Shown here: one piece after another, positions 24,497 through 37,673 of the stretch
Position numbering within the stretch: the stretch's first letter is position 1
How the letters are laid out: every line of letters begins with the position of its first letter
Assembly: GCA_965153455.1 (NCBI GenBank)
Contig: OZ234494.1
Coordinates: 10,850,001 to 10,914,000, forward strand
Reading direction: 5' to 3'
DNA: 64,000 nucleotides
From: Sphagnum compactum
Lineage: Eukaryota
Notes under the pieces: model-generated
The model's database searches: none
What the model was told of the DNA's origin: nothing
Seen by the model: only the letters and a program-made list of their open reading frames with translations
Position numbers and translations under genes: made by a program

Positions 24497-24859
24497 TTGG
24501 GAAAAACAATTTCTCAAGTTAAAAAAATATAGTTTAAACTTATAATGTGGAATTATTGAATATTAAACAATTTTGTCATTCAAATTTCTACTAAATCAAA
24601 AACATTAAGGAAATTTGGGCACACTTTTGCTAGTATTGAAAAACCTTTCATGAGTGGGATTTTATGAAGATTTTTTTAAATTTCAAATCTATTGTGTAGG
24701 ATACATTCAATTTGAATTTTATTTATGGTCATTGGATATTCAATTAAATTATGAAAGTTGGTTTTGGAAGGTGAAATTAGTCAAGTAAAAAGTTCACAAT
24801 ATTGCACCAATGACACATGCCACATTAGTTAATATAAAAAGTGTTGTGCCAATTTATTT

Positions 24860-25120
24860 TTGTGGTGAAATTTCATCACTTTTTGACCCAAAAAAAAGAA
24901 GCACTTGTACAAAGGATTTTTTTGGAAAAATTACCCAAAGTCACCATATTTTGAAGAAAATTGCTTGCGATATTTTGACCATAGTTTCATCCATGTCACC
25001 AATATATAGTGAGGTTTCAAAAAAATTCTAATTTTCTTGTTGACATGTAACCAAATTTGGCTAAATCCTTTTGATGTTTACCAATTTACTTACTTCACAA
25101 TGGTTTTAAAAAAACCCCTA
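24860..25120 (+). mobile_element. Copy of the gtagccaaatttggct dispersed repeat
   Basis: ggtgaaatttcatcac...caaaggattttttt...tgtaaccaaatttggctaaatcc...cttcacaa. Confidence 0.55.
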
Positions 25121-25939
25121 AGTTGTGCACAATTAATGGATTCAATGAATGGTTATTAATGAAAAAAATGGAATTCCTATTTTGGCTATTACCTCCATAG
25201 CTAACATTACAAAGTATTTGTTTAGGTCTACCTTGTCATGGGGAATTTAAATCAAATTCAACTTATTTGCCCACAAGGAATTTTGTCCATTCCAACCCAC
25301 ACGTTTGCGACTTTTGTACATATCAACCATTTTTACAACTATTGATGCGACTATCCTTCATGGCACCTAGTAAAAACGACTTGTTGTATAAACAATTACA
25401 AAAAGGTTTGTAATTGCATATGCAATTTAAACTTGCAAAAAATGTTGATTTGGATGAAAATGAAAATGAAAAATACATTTATATCATTCACTTTTAGTGG
25501 CATCCCAAAATATATGAAAATGTAGTTGTTTTTGCAACTTGGAAAGGTCATAGGCTATTGGACACTATGTGACATCTTTTCAATTTGATTTGTGACTATA
25601 AATCCTAATTGCAAATGTACATGTAATTAAATGTGAAAAAAAATTGAGTTGGCCAATGAAAGTGTTGGATTTAATGATTTTTTTTTCCCTTTAACTCTTT
25701 CCAATGAACTAAACATTAAATGTGTAATAGGGTTTGGTGGGTTTGTGAAATTTACAAAGGACCCATGATAATTAAGGATAAAAATGGACCATTTTGAAAT
25801 TTATAGCATTATAGGGTTCTTCATAATAATTAGGTGCAAAAATACACATTTATCACCAATTTTTTAAGGCATCCACTGATGAATGAAAACATAAATGGTT
25901 TTGCAATTGGTCATGTAAACAAATGGTATTAGGTAGCAA

Positions 25940-26520
25940 ATAATAAGTAGGGCTAGGTACTAGGTAATATGTATGTGGCTAAGTAGTAGGTATTTTATTA
26001 TGTTGATATGTCATAGTGTTTTTTTAATAGTCAATTAGTTAGGTAGGTTACATATTAGGTAGTATGTAAGTAGGTTAATTAGTAATAGGTATTTTATTCT
26101 GGTGAAGGAAATAATGTTATGTTTAATTAAGTTAGGTAACTAATTAATTAATAAGTTGTAAGTTGTTAGGTAGTAAATAGTATGAAATATGTGTGTGGGT
26201 TAAGTAGTAAATATTTTATCATGTTCATATGTTGTAACATTTTTCTATTAATTATTTAATTAAGTAGGCTATGTAATTTATTTATTAAATAGGTTAGGGC
26301 TTAAGTATTATATATAATTAATTAATTAGGTAGGCTAATATATTACATAGGCAATAAATAAGATATGCAGTAGGTAGTAAATAGTTAGTAGGTCATATTT
26401 ATGTGGGTTAAGTAATAGACATTTTATCATGTTGATATGTGAATTTTTTTAATTAATTTAATTAATTATGTAGGCAACGTAAATTATTTACTAAATAGGC
26501 TAAAAAGTGGGTAGTAGGGG
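25940..26520. repeat. Low-complexity degenerate tandem repeat (taggtagt / ttttatcatgttgatatgt), period about 110-210 bp
   Basis: Blocks of gggttaagta.tag..attttatcatgttgatatgt recur near 25980, 26085, 26200 and 26405. Confidence 0.55.
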
Positions 26521-28964
26521 TAATTTATGATCCATTTATAATTATGTATCACACATTTGAATTAAATTCTATTGGTAAAATTATTATTATATATATATAT
26601 ATATATAAATAAATATATATAATATAATATAATATAATTTTAGAATCAAATGAAGGTTTAATATATTATATATATAGTTATATTATCCATTTATAAATCA
26701 TGTGCTTGAATTTATTTTTTCCATGGAATGGTCATTGAAATGGTATTCAATAAAAAAAATTCAAATAATTTTTTTGTCAAGTAAATTTATAATTAAAAAA
26801 GAATTTTTTTTGTACATTATTGAAATAGCTCTAAAATTAAACTTTAATCTTTTCATTTGGACAAAATCTTAATAAGATGTAAAATATGAAAAATGATGTT
26901 TTTTGTAATGTTTTAAATGAAATAAGCTAAATAAATTGCATTACTTTTAAGAAGTGGCTTGGTCATAAAGGAATTGATTTCCATCGTTGACTAAGTTGAA
27001 GGATCAATTCCAACAAATGACATGGGTTGTGGTTGACGGTGGGATTGTTGACCAAATATTCCTCACCTACATAACCAACCTAGGTTACTACTTATTAGGT
27101 AGGTTTAAATAATCACAATAGGTGGTCTATCAAGCAACCTAAGCTAATTAAAAAAGCGTAGCCTAGGTAATGATATGTGTCAACATGGTATAGGTTGAAA
27201 TGAATTAAATTATCATATATATATATAATTATTTAATATTTAATATTTAAATAAATATAAATAATGTGATTGCCATTGCAACTTGGTGCCATGTATTGTT
27301 TTTTGCATCTTATCCAAGGTGGTTGAATTTTATAACAATTGCATGGTAATTATGACATAAATTAATTGTTAATCCATTTGTTGATTTGCAAATTCCTTCT
27401 ACTGTTTTTCAGTTTCATTTTAATTATAAAGGTGGAAATCACATATTTACATTTGAAATTTCACAATATGTTTTTAAAAAAACACTCACACACCAACCAT
27501 TTTTATTGGTGGTATATTGTTAGAAAATATTTTTAATTCAATCATTTTTTATTAAAAGAAATATTGAGATTTTTAAAAAAAATTGCCAAAATTCCAACTA
27601 GTGATTTGATAGGAGAGGGACCAAAAGTGGATGCACTAGTTCCCCCTATCACCTCATTATTCTATTCATCATTCTTGTAAGTCATTTAATTATTTCTCTT
27701 ATTGCTTCAATTTATATGGGCAATTAGGGTTACTTTAATTGCCATTAATTAATTTAAGGATTGATTTCATTTTTGAATAAGTTTTGAGATGTGTCATCAT
27801 TTTATTTTCAATTTTAAAAATAAAGGGTTGCCATTCTTTTTCTACTTTTACACATTTGGGAACCACCTTGGATATTTTTTAAAAAACACTCATACACACC
27901 CAATGAGTAGACTTAAATTTTATTGGTGCATGCTTGATTATGCCACAATTTTTAAATACTTTCTCACTATCATAATCATTTTGAATATGTACAATTAATT
28001 TAAAATTGATCTTAGTTGTACTTAATCATGTCTTCATAATCCTAATATATCTTAAATAAACTTGATCAAACTTAAACTTGTCCTAACATGTTTTAATCAA
28101 ACATACCAATAATATTACTAAATGGGGACTTGTCAAAATTATTTATCAAACTAAAAGCTTGGATATGAAGTTTGGTTATAGTGAATTGACAACCACTAGC
28201 ACATCATCAATTGGGAAAAACCCAAGTGAACATTGGTTAGGCATTAAGTTGGTTTACGAAAAAATAAATTTCTAGGTCCAATTTTTTTCCTTCCTTTTTC
28301 TTTTTCATCTTTGGTTTCCCCCTACATATCGATCTTTACCTACCTACTAATCTACAAGCCTACATATTAACCCTTATCTACCTATTGACCTACTAACCTA
28401 GCTACTTCATGACTCTTATCTACATACTAAACCTAATTATTAACCTAAGTACTAACATTATTTGTTAACCCGACTACTAACTTTTTGGTAGCACCATTGC
28501 CTCCTAACTACCATCACCTTCAACTGCCTCCACCTTTGCCATCAACTATTTTTGCAATCTACCATCACCACCAAGTTTGGACGTGTGCCAATTTTGCTTC
28601 TTTTAATGTAGCTTTGTTCAGACATGTAAACCTTGCACCTTTTTCATTATAAGAATTAATGGTTTTTTCAAAGGTTTAACTAGACCAAAATGTTCACATT
28701 AACCAAAAAGGATGTTCATTTTGATTATAGGCATGAGGCATGAAAGACAAATGGTTTGGTCTTGTGGTTGGTTATTTTGATTAAGGTGACCTTTTTTACC
28801 AAATGTCATGTTGTACATTTAATCAAAAGGGTTAAACGAATTTTTTAATCAATATAAGCATGGCTTACTAAAATAATTCATACTAAATGGCAAGGGTTTA
28901 ATCAAATTGGTCATATTAATTTAGCTAGGTAACTTACTATTAAGTTTATGTTACCTACTTAAAG

Positions 28965-29655
28965 CCTAGGCTATTAACCTATTGTAAAAAATTACCTTGG
29001 GTTATTTTACATTAATATTTTACCCTAGGTTATTCAAGTATATTTGAAAGGCTATTCTTTTCTAGTTTATTTTAAGTTATCATACCTTAGGTTATCCTAG
29101 GCTATTAATAAGCTAGGTTATAATAATCTAAAATTGCCTAAAATAGTTTAGGGTAAAAATTTAAAATAAGATATATTAACCTATAATAGGTTAAAACAAC
29201 TTATGATATTTAATACTTTAGAATAATTTAGAACATAATAAACTAGAATAACTTACAATAATTTTGAATCAACTAAAATAGTCTAAGGGTAAAATATTAT
29301 AGAATAACACATAATGGAATATCTTAAAATATCCAAAAAAACCTAGAATAACCTAAATAACCTAGGGTTAAATAACTTAATGTAACATAAGGTAGAATAA
29401 CTTAGAATAATAGAAAATAACCTAAGAAGGAATAACTTATATTAGCCAAAAATGAAATAACATAAAATAACCTAAAATAGCCTAAGGTGAAATATTTTAA
29501 AATAACCAAGACTAACCTAGGGATAAATAACTAATAGTAGCTTAGGTAGAAAAATTTAGAATGACATAAAGTGATCTAGCCTTGAAAAGCTTAAATAGAA
29601 CTTAAAGTGGCCTAAATAAATAATTTAGAATAACTTAGGGTATTCTAGGGTAGTC
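28965..29655. repeat. Foldback (inverted) array of about 10-bp AATAACCTAG-like units
   Basis: The left part is made of ctaggttatt/ggctatt units and the right part of aataacctag/aatagcct units. Confidence 0.6.
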
Positions 29656-30489
29656 TATGACATCTTGATAGTTAGTGTAGGTAGGTTAGGCTACATAGGT
29701 ATGATAAGAAGAAATGTTCATAATGATGCAATGACAAGAATTATTGTTTGTTGAAAAAATTGTGCAATGTTTAAGGGTTGGACTTTAATGTGGAGGTGAG
29801 GAATTCAAATTCCCACATTTCCAACTTACTTAATGTGGCTAGTTGACAAATGTAGAACAAAAAAATTATGAAAACAAGAAAGCTTCAAAGGAATATGCAG
29901 TGTGCCAATTTACCAATTTAGTTTAAATTGAACAATTCCGTTGGCCTTCAATTTCTCCGTTGTGTGCCACAATATTTCAAAATCCTCACATTCACGTGTT
30001 TAAATGAATTTTCCCCCCTAAAATACCCTAAAACTTTCTCATATATGTCTACATGAAAATTTCCTCCCAAAAATCTTGTCTATGGATGATTTTAATTAAT
30101 TTAAAAGGTGCAAAAGTCATAATTATTTGTTATGAAAAAAAATTTGAAATGTAAACCATATTGTTTAAATAAATGATTAAAATACATATATCAAATTTCT
30201 AAATATATTTCTTGTTGTTTAGTTGGATTACATTAATAAAATTTAGTACTTCATGCATTAAATAACCAAAAGTGGGGGCGGAGTTAAAAAAATGATGTTG
30301 TAAAATTGACAACTTGCATTTTAGACAAACATTTATTGTCATCAAAGGTTCGAATATGATTAAAATAATTATTGGTCAATTTTTTGTAATATTTGCATTT
30401 TATGTTATATAGTTTCATCAATTGAAGTTGACAACATGCATGATGGGTGGGTAGGTAGGTTTTGCTAAGAAATAAAGGATAATGCTAGG

Positions 30490-31100
30490 AAGTAGAGAGG
30501 TTTTGTTGAAAAGTAAAACCTTAGCCAAAAAATTAAAAAGGTTTTACTAAAAAAAAAAAGTTTAATTTGAAAATAGAAAGGTTTAGGCATGAAGAAATAA
30601 AAGTTTAACTAGGAAATAAAGAGGTTTTGTCAAGAGGATAGAAGTTTAGTCATGAATAGATAGAGGTTTTCCAAGATGTAAAGGTTTTGCCATAAATAAA
30701 TAGAGGTTTTCTAAAAGGTAGATGTTTAGTCATGAATAGACAGAGGTTTTTCAAGAGGTAAAGGTTTAGCTATGAAATAAAAAGGTTTCATTGAAAGTAA
30801 AGGTTTAACCATGACATGATTAAAGTGTTGATAAAAGATAGAAGTTTAACTAATAAATAAAAAAGTTTTGTTGAGAAGTAAAAGTTTATATAAGAAAAGG
30901 TAAAGGTTTTGTTGAAAGATAAAAGTTTAGGTACGAAGATATAAAGATTTTGTCAAGAGGTAAAGGTTTAAGTAGGAAATAAAGAGATTTTGCCAACAAG
31001 TTGAGATTTAGTTAAGATGAGATTGAGAGGTTTTGTCAACAAGTTGAGGTTTAATTAAGATGAGATTGAAAGGTTTTGTCAAGAAATAAGATTTAGCTTG
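30490..31100. repeat. Degenerate purine-rich minisatellite (about 20/40 bp period, AGAGGTTTT / AAGGTTTAG)
   Basis: Repeated agaggttttgtcaagaggtaaaggtttagtcatgaaata-like units. A near-exact pair of about 41 bp lies at 30990-31080. Confidence 0.7.
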
Positions 31101-34100
31101 AAAGGAAAAAATTGAGGTGTGTCAATGGCACCAAGCTAACTAAAGATAGTCTCATACGATTATATCCAATTCAAATTTCAATTTCATTAAAAAACACTTA
31201 GATCTAATGGTGTGTTTTCAAAGGCACTCAGGTTTTAATTTAAATTTTATCAATTTTAGTACAATATGGCATTTTTTCTTTTTCACTTTCATTTGACATT
31301 TATTTTATTCTTCCTAATACTTCACCCAAAAAAATCAATGAAAATTTTATAACAAAAAAAAAAAAGGGAAGCTCAAACTTCTTACAATTACTCTAATGAA
31401 AGAATTTGTAATTCCTCATACAACACAAAATATACAAAACCACCTTCAATTCCATACTACCGTAGTACCTAAACGGATTCAGCAACAAATTGCCAAATAA
31501 TTAATTAAATCTCAAATCTTAACTTCGGCAGCTGGTGTTTTAATTCTGAAATTTTGATAGGTAATGTTCATAAAAAGTAATAAACATGACTTTTATTGTC
31601 TTTGTGGGATAGTCTAAGTGTATTAACCTATCACATTCTTGAATTCAAGGATTGGCAAGTCCGAAGTTCAAACCTGATAGTCGAATATTTCAAATTTTAA
31701 ATTTATAATAATTATTAAAATTTTGACGCTAGTAATAAATAAAATTTCAAAAATTCAACAAAAAAATAAAAATAAAAATTTATGCTGAAACCATTCGTGT
31801 ACTTCAATATTCATCTTCCATGCCATAGGACAAGATCCACACCAACTTCGAGCAAGACTATAGAGTTTACTCTTGATGGCATTTTGTTTGGAGAATTCTC
31901 TTTCACAATTTGCTATACTTGCCTTTAGTCAAAGTGCAAGCATTTTACACTAAAGCCCCACCCCATTGTTTGGCAATTAGTCTTTGTTCCAAGACAAAGA
32001 ACTTATTCAAAAATTTCACCTATGAACTTGTAGGAACCTTAAAAACTAACACATGAAAAAAAATTGGGAAAAAGGGGACACCATGACAAGAAGGGGTTTG
32101 AAGGTTTTGTAAGCTTTGGTTGATAACAATGTATAATCACAAGTTCTAAAATTACATCGATTTTTTGGTTGTGACCTTATTATGACTTTGGGTCGCACCA
32201 GCGAATTCATGGTGATGGTGTGGTGGTCATCTATTTAACTTTCTTTTTGGACATTTATCTTTGTATTTTGCCTTTCTTTTCCACATCTAGCTTTTAGTGT
32301 TACCTAGCTTTTGGACATATATCTTTTAGTCTTATCTTTCTTTTTGCAAGGTGCAAATTCAAGGTGACTTTTTCTAAGTATTTTTTTGTATTTTCTTTCA
32401 ATTGCCTTTCCATATTCATGTGATGGACATACAAGAGTGCTCTTGGTGGATTTGTTGGCCTTTGGAAGTTGGGAGATTATTTTTCAAAAAAGTGAAAATT
32501 GCATTATAATCATCAACCATATGAAAAAAAATAAAATAAAAATCTCTAAGCACCCTATAAGTGAAAATTTTTCAACAAGTTTTCTTGTGTTTTCAACAAA
32601 TGTTTTTCTGGAAAGTATGGGAAAGTTTCATTTTCCAGCTAAATTTTTTTGGGACTAAATTTGCTAATGTTTTGGAAAAGAAATTGCCACATTTTTTCAT
32701 ATTACAAAATTGAAAAAAAGCCTGGAGCCTAAGATACCCCAAAAAGAAAAGATTTGGAGGGCCCTATTTTGCCTTTTTCCAGTCTTTCTTAAGTTGCATA
32801 ATTTGGCTGTTTTCATGAAAGTGTTGATTCTGCCCTATTTATTATTATAGCAGAAAAGGCACTCTTAATATCATTTGCTGGGGAGTGCGCACTCTAACAC
32901 GCATTCTGCACTAGTGGGCATTTCTGCCTTGGCGCAATCTCCGCCTTTGTCTAAAGCCACATGAGGGTGCAGAATTTGTCCCCAGGTGCACATTCTGTTG
33001 CATCGTAATAACCAATGTTGGGGCCATTCTTGACTTTTATGCAAAACCTTGGGTTCTCGTTTAAAAAAATAAATTATAGCGGTTGCAGTTCTGGTTAAAA
33101 AAAAACATGAAACCCCGAGTGCGGTCTTAAATGACGGCTTCAAGAAAGGCATTCAACATGGGTAGGGTGAAGTGGTTTTTTTTTTTTTTTGGGTTTTTTC
33201 ATATAAAATTTTTGGCAAAATTTTACAAAAAAATTAGCAAAATTATTTGAATATACACTAAATTTTTTTTTTTCCCCAAAATTTTCCCGATTTCTTTGTC
33301 AAAAAATTGCAAAATTTTGCTAGAAAAGAAAACCCTGCTAGTAATACGACAAATTGAAGTTTTGATACAAGCTTCTCCCTTAGTAATACGACAAATTGAG
33401 GTTTTGTATCAATGTATCATCATGTATTAGCATTGCAATTCCACGGGAATTTTTAGCTAAAACTTTTGTTCTCCAAATCTTTGTCACAAAGCCGAGGTTG
33501 TCATATAATCAAGTGTTGAAATTAGGTTGTGTTGCATTCGAAGAGCTTGCGGACATTAGCATACTCTGATCAAGATTTTGGGGCAATGGTTTGGTTAGGG
33601 TATCATGTCTGTAGTACAGCCTTTTTTTTCTCTCTGGTGAAATTTCACCTAAAAGTGACTAAATTTCAGTTGATGGGTTTGTTTTTTCCTTTGCCTTTTC
33701 TTTTCTTCTTTTGCTTTGTCAAATTGCTTTTGATGGACTCAAATTAAACTCAAAAATACATAACACCAAGTTCAATGCACTCATCATGTTTTGAAGTGTT
33801 TGTAAAGCACTCAAAGAAATTTCCTGACGTATTTGGACACACCTTATACAAGTTAATGATGCCTCCTCAAAAACAAAAGGCACCTTCAATCCTACAAGAG
33901 GCCCATTACATCTTACACCTACAAAGGAAGGTGTAAGAGATGTTTTGAGGGCGCATGCATCCTCTTGCTCCTAACATCTCATATCAATTGATCTATGTTT
34001 AGGCTTATGATAATGTTGAGCTTGTGCTTTCTAACAAGTAAGGCCCATGGGTGGGACACATTTGTGTTGTCTTTTGGTGTTTGTCATGGATTTACATGCA

Positions 34101-34719
34101 TGGGAAAGTTGCGACAAAAAAAACCCATTGAAAAGTTGTCACCACTCCTCTTTGGACTTTGCTCCATGTCTTCTTCCCCATGCATAGAGACAATGGAGCA
34201 TTTTGTAAGATGTGCTATCTTTTTCACATTTACGAATCTCCATGCAAATTGTGAAGGTTGTGTGTCTAAACTCTAAACACCCTCAAGGTTATTTTTTTTA
34301 CCCATCCCTAAAGTGCATCATGTGAATGCTACCGATTGGGTGGGGCAAAAAGTAAACAAGAAGGCCTTATTCTTTCCTCCAAAGCAAAGCTCTAAAGAAA
34401 AAATAAGCATGCATCATAAAACTTTTTGGTTCTTGCACACACTTGAGGTAAAAATTGTCTAAACAAATTTTGAACATGAGTTTTATGCTATATGTTAGTA
34501 GGATCCGTGTTCATTGATGACATTTTGGATGTGAACACGAGTCCTTGATTCAAGACCAACCTTGGTTCATCCCATTCATTTTTGTGAACAATTTAGTTTC
34601 CTTAACAAATTGTGGTTTTGTAATCTCTATCACACACACCCATTAAGATCCACATTAGAATGGTCACATAGTAGTCCAATGGGTGGATGTCATTATGTGG
34701 CACTTAGATCATCCATATT

Positions 34720-34975
34720 TGGATGTAGTCAGATGTTTGGATGTGATTAATTTATTTAGCAATCGGATGAAATTTTGGATGTTGTTAGATGTTTGGATGT
34801 GACTAATCTGGCAATCTGTCAAGATTTGGATGTGTAGTCAGATGTTTGCATGTGATTATGTGTGTAATTAGACTACAGTCAGATGTTTGGATGTGAGTAA
34901 ATCAGATGCTATGTGGATGTGATCAAATGTTTGGATTGGTGATTATTCTAAAAGATGAGATGATATTTGGATGAG
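34720..34975. repeat. Degenerate tandem repeat, core GATGTTTGGATGTGA, about 9 copies
   Basis: (ca)gatgtttggatgtga and variants recur from 34720 to 34975. Confidence 0.7.
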
Positions 34976-35024
34976 ACTTTGTGACCTGATTACATATATT
35001 GGTGTAATTGTACCAGCCCTTTTT

Positions 35025-35465
35025 CTGGGCGCAAAATCTCGCCAAAAAGTGAAGAAAAAGAAGTTGATTTTGAAGGTTTTCAATTGCCAGAAGTGAGGAA
35101 AAATAGTAAATATTTTAGTAAATATTTTAGACTGTAGGTTCTAGCACATCACCAAAATATAGCTGGATTCCAAAGCTTTTTTCTCTGGCCTATAGCCAAA
35201 ATTTGGCTAAGCCCTCTTGTGAATGATTGCCAGACCACCTACCTCACAAAATTGAAAGAAAAAAACACTGGTTGTGTCTTGTTGTGAGCTGTAGCTAAAT
35301 TTGGCTAATTCCTCTTGTGGATGATCACCAGACCACCTACCTCACAAAATTAATAGAAAAGCACTGGTTATGTGTTGTGACTTTGTGACCTGTAGCCAAA
35401 TTTGGCTAATTCCTCTTGTGGATGATCGCCAGACCACCTACCTCACCAAATTGGGGGAAACAAAC
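35025..35465 (+). mobile_element. gtagccaaatttggct dispersed repeat with a triplicated 3' segment, directly upstream of the UNC93-like gene
   Basis: tagccaaatttggctaa..cctcttgtggatgatc.ccagaccacctacctcacaaaatt occurs near 35190, 35290 and 35390. Confidence 0.75.
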
Positions 35466-35565
35466 ACACTGAGAAAGGCGTTGTGTTGTGTTTGTTGAGA
35501 AGAGCATCTGCTGTGCTACGCTGTGCTACGCTGTGCTTGTCGTCGTCGTCGTCGTCGCGAGGGCG

Positions 35566-37673
35566 ATGGCGTCGTCTTTGCGCTTCACGAGTCCATTGGC
35601 ACAGGTAGCGATTCTCGGACTTGTGTGTTTCTGTTTCCCGGGGATGTTTAACGCTATCAACGGCTTGGGAGCAGCAGGCAAATCCGATCCAACAATCACA
35701 GACAACGCCAACACGGCTCTGGCTGTCACGTTCGCTGTCTGTTCTTTGCTGGCCGGGGCTATCTTCAACGTCCTTGGCCATCGCGCGATGCTCATCCTCG
35801 GCGGTTTTACTTACATTCTCTACATCGGCTCCTACCTCTCCTACAACGCCGTTTTTGTCATCACTGCCGGGGCCTTACTAGGTACAGCACTCCTATCTGA
35901 TGTCAATCCCCCATTGTGTGCGTGCGTGCGTGCGTGCGTGTTTCATTTTCTTATGTCCTTTTGGGCAAATCATATCCGTAGGAGAAAGCATCAGCATTTG
36001 CAGCTCGAGTTGTGGAACGCATGCGCAAGAGCTTCAGGGAGAATCTTTTGGGTTCGCTATAATTGCAAGTGACAATGCATTTTTTTTTTTTTCGTGAATT
36101 CTTTTTTGGTTAGATCTTGTAATCGCACTGTGTTCATTCTTATAGGTGAAAATTTCAAATCTTAATCAACTGTGTAGTTGCAGGATGCGTTCTTGATGTT
36201 TTTTCTTAGAAGGTTTGTAGAGTTAGTAGCACAGATTCAAGCGAAGAGTGAGTATGTTCTTGTAAGGCTATAGGTAGGTATGTTTTCAGGAAAAAAGAAA
36301 TAAATTTGTTCTTGTGGTTTTCTTCAGATCTATTTTGCTTTGAATTTTTGTTTCTTGTTTGTGATTTACATGTTCAGGTCTGGAATCACTTGAGAAGGAG
36401 CCATGCAAAATAGTTGCATGTTGATAGATGTATGCACACATTTTGATTTCTGCTGTGATCGATTATTCACACTGAGCAGGGATTTCTTTTTGCCCTTCCA
36501 TATCCAGGTGTAGGAGCAGGATTTCTGTGGGCAGCTCAAGGTGCAATCATGTGTTCCTATCCTGAAGAAGGCAACAAAGGCAAGTACTTTGGCATCTTCT
36601 GGAGCATTTTCAATTGTGGTGCAACACTTGGCTCTCTCATTCCCTTGGTGATTGAATGGCACAACACAGAGTCACATGTTTCCACTCACACCTACATAGT
36701 CTTCATGGTGATAATGGCAATCGGATCACTTCTTGTATTGCTTCTACTTCCGCCTACTCAAGTAATACGTGATGATGGAACTCCAGTAGCTGTCTACAAG
36801 TATTCTTCATGGACTACTGAAGGGATTGAGATTGCTAAGCTTTTTGCTGATTGGAGAATGTTGTGCCTCATTCCTATGTTCTTCACCTCCAATTGGTTCT
36901 ATACTTACCAGTTCAGTGTTGTGAATGGAGGGGGTCTTTTCACCACTCGAACTCGAGCTCTTAATGGAACCCTCTACTGGAGTTCACAGATCCTTGGGTC
37001 AAATCTAATGGGAAATTTGCTGGATTTGAAGCATGTGAGTCGGAAAATTCGAGCTTTTCTTGGTCTGGGTGTACTAATGGTAGCAGTTATGGCTATTTGG
37101 GGTGGTGGCTTTGCGTTTCAGCGCACCTTCAACAGGACATCAATCAGAGCTCTTACTGAAGCAGACAAGATAGACCTTGCAAATTCAAAGAGATATGCTG
37201 GTCCAGTTACCTTGTATGCCCTATATGGACTGTTTGATGCGATTTGGCAAACTTATTGCTACTGGATGCTTGGAGCCTTATCTAATGACACCCAAAAAGC
37301 TGCCCGGTTTGCTGGATTTTACAAGGCAATACAAAATGCTGGTGCAGCTTCAGCTGGCCAAGTGGATGCAAAGAAAGTGTCTTTCATGACTGAGTTGCTG
37401 CTCAATTGGCTGTTTTGCTTTCTGGGTGTTGTTTGTGCCATTCCTGTTGCTTGGTCAGTACAAAACACAGGTAAGAGTGTTGGTGATGATCTGAATCCAG
37501 ATAAATCTTTCAGCTTATCGCAAGCTGCATACGGGCATGGAAGTGTGACAAAGCCTGCAGTTGGACAGACCACGACACTTGATGTTGAGGGCAAAGGTGA
37601 AACAGGTGATAAGCCTGAGACAACAACCACACAGATCCTTGGTTGGTCTGAAACATCAGCAGAGAAAGTTTAG
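35566..37673 (+). CDS. UNC93-like protein (MFS, ion channel regulatory family); 2 exons, 493 aa
   Basis: Exons 35566-35881 and 36508-37673 total 1482 nt with a GT-AG intron. Motifs: QVAILGLVCFCFPGMFNAINGLGAAG, GVGAGFLWAAQGAIMCSYP, FWSIFNCGATLGSLIP, FFTSNWFYTYQF, QTYCYWMLGALSND and RFAGFYKAIQNAGAA. Many hydrophobic helices. Confidence 0.93.

Noticed and set aside
35882..36072. Extension of UNC93 exon 1 in the 194-aa ORF
   Set aside because: This is intron read-through. The GT donor at 35882 joins 36508 to restore GALLGVGAGFLW.
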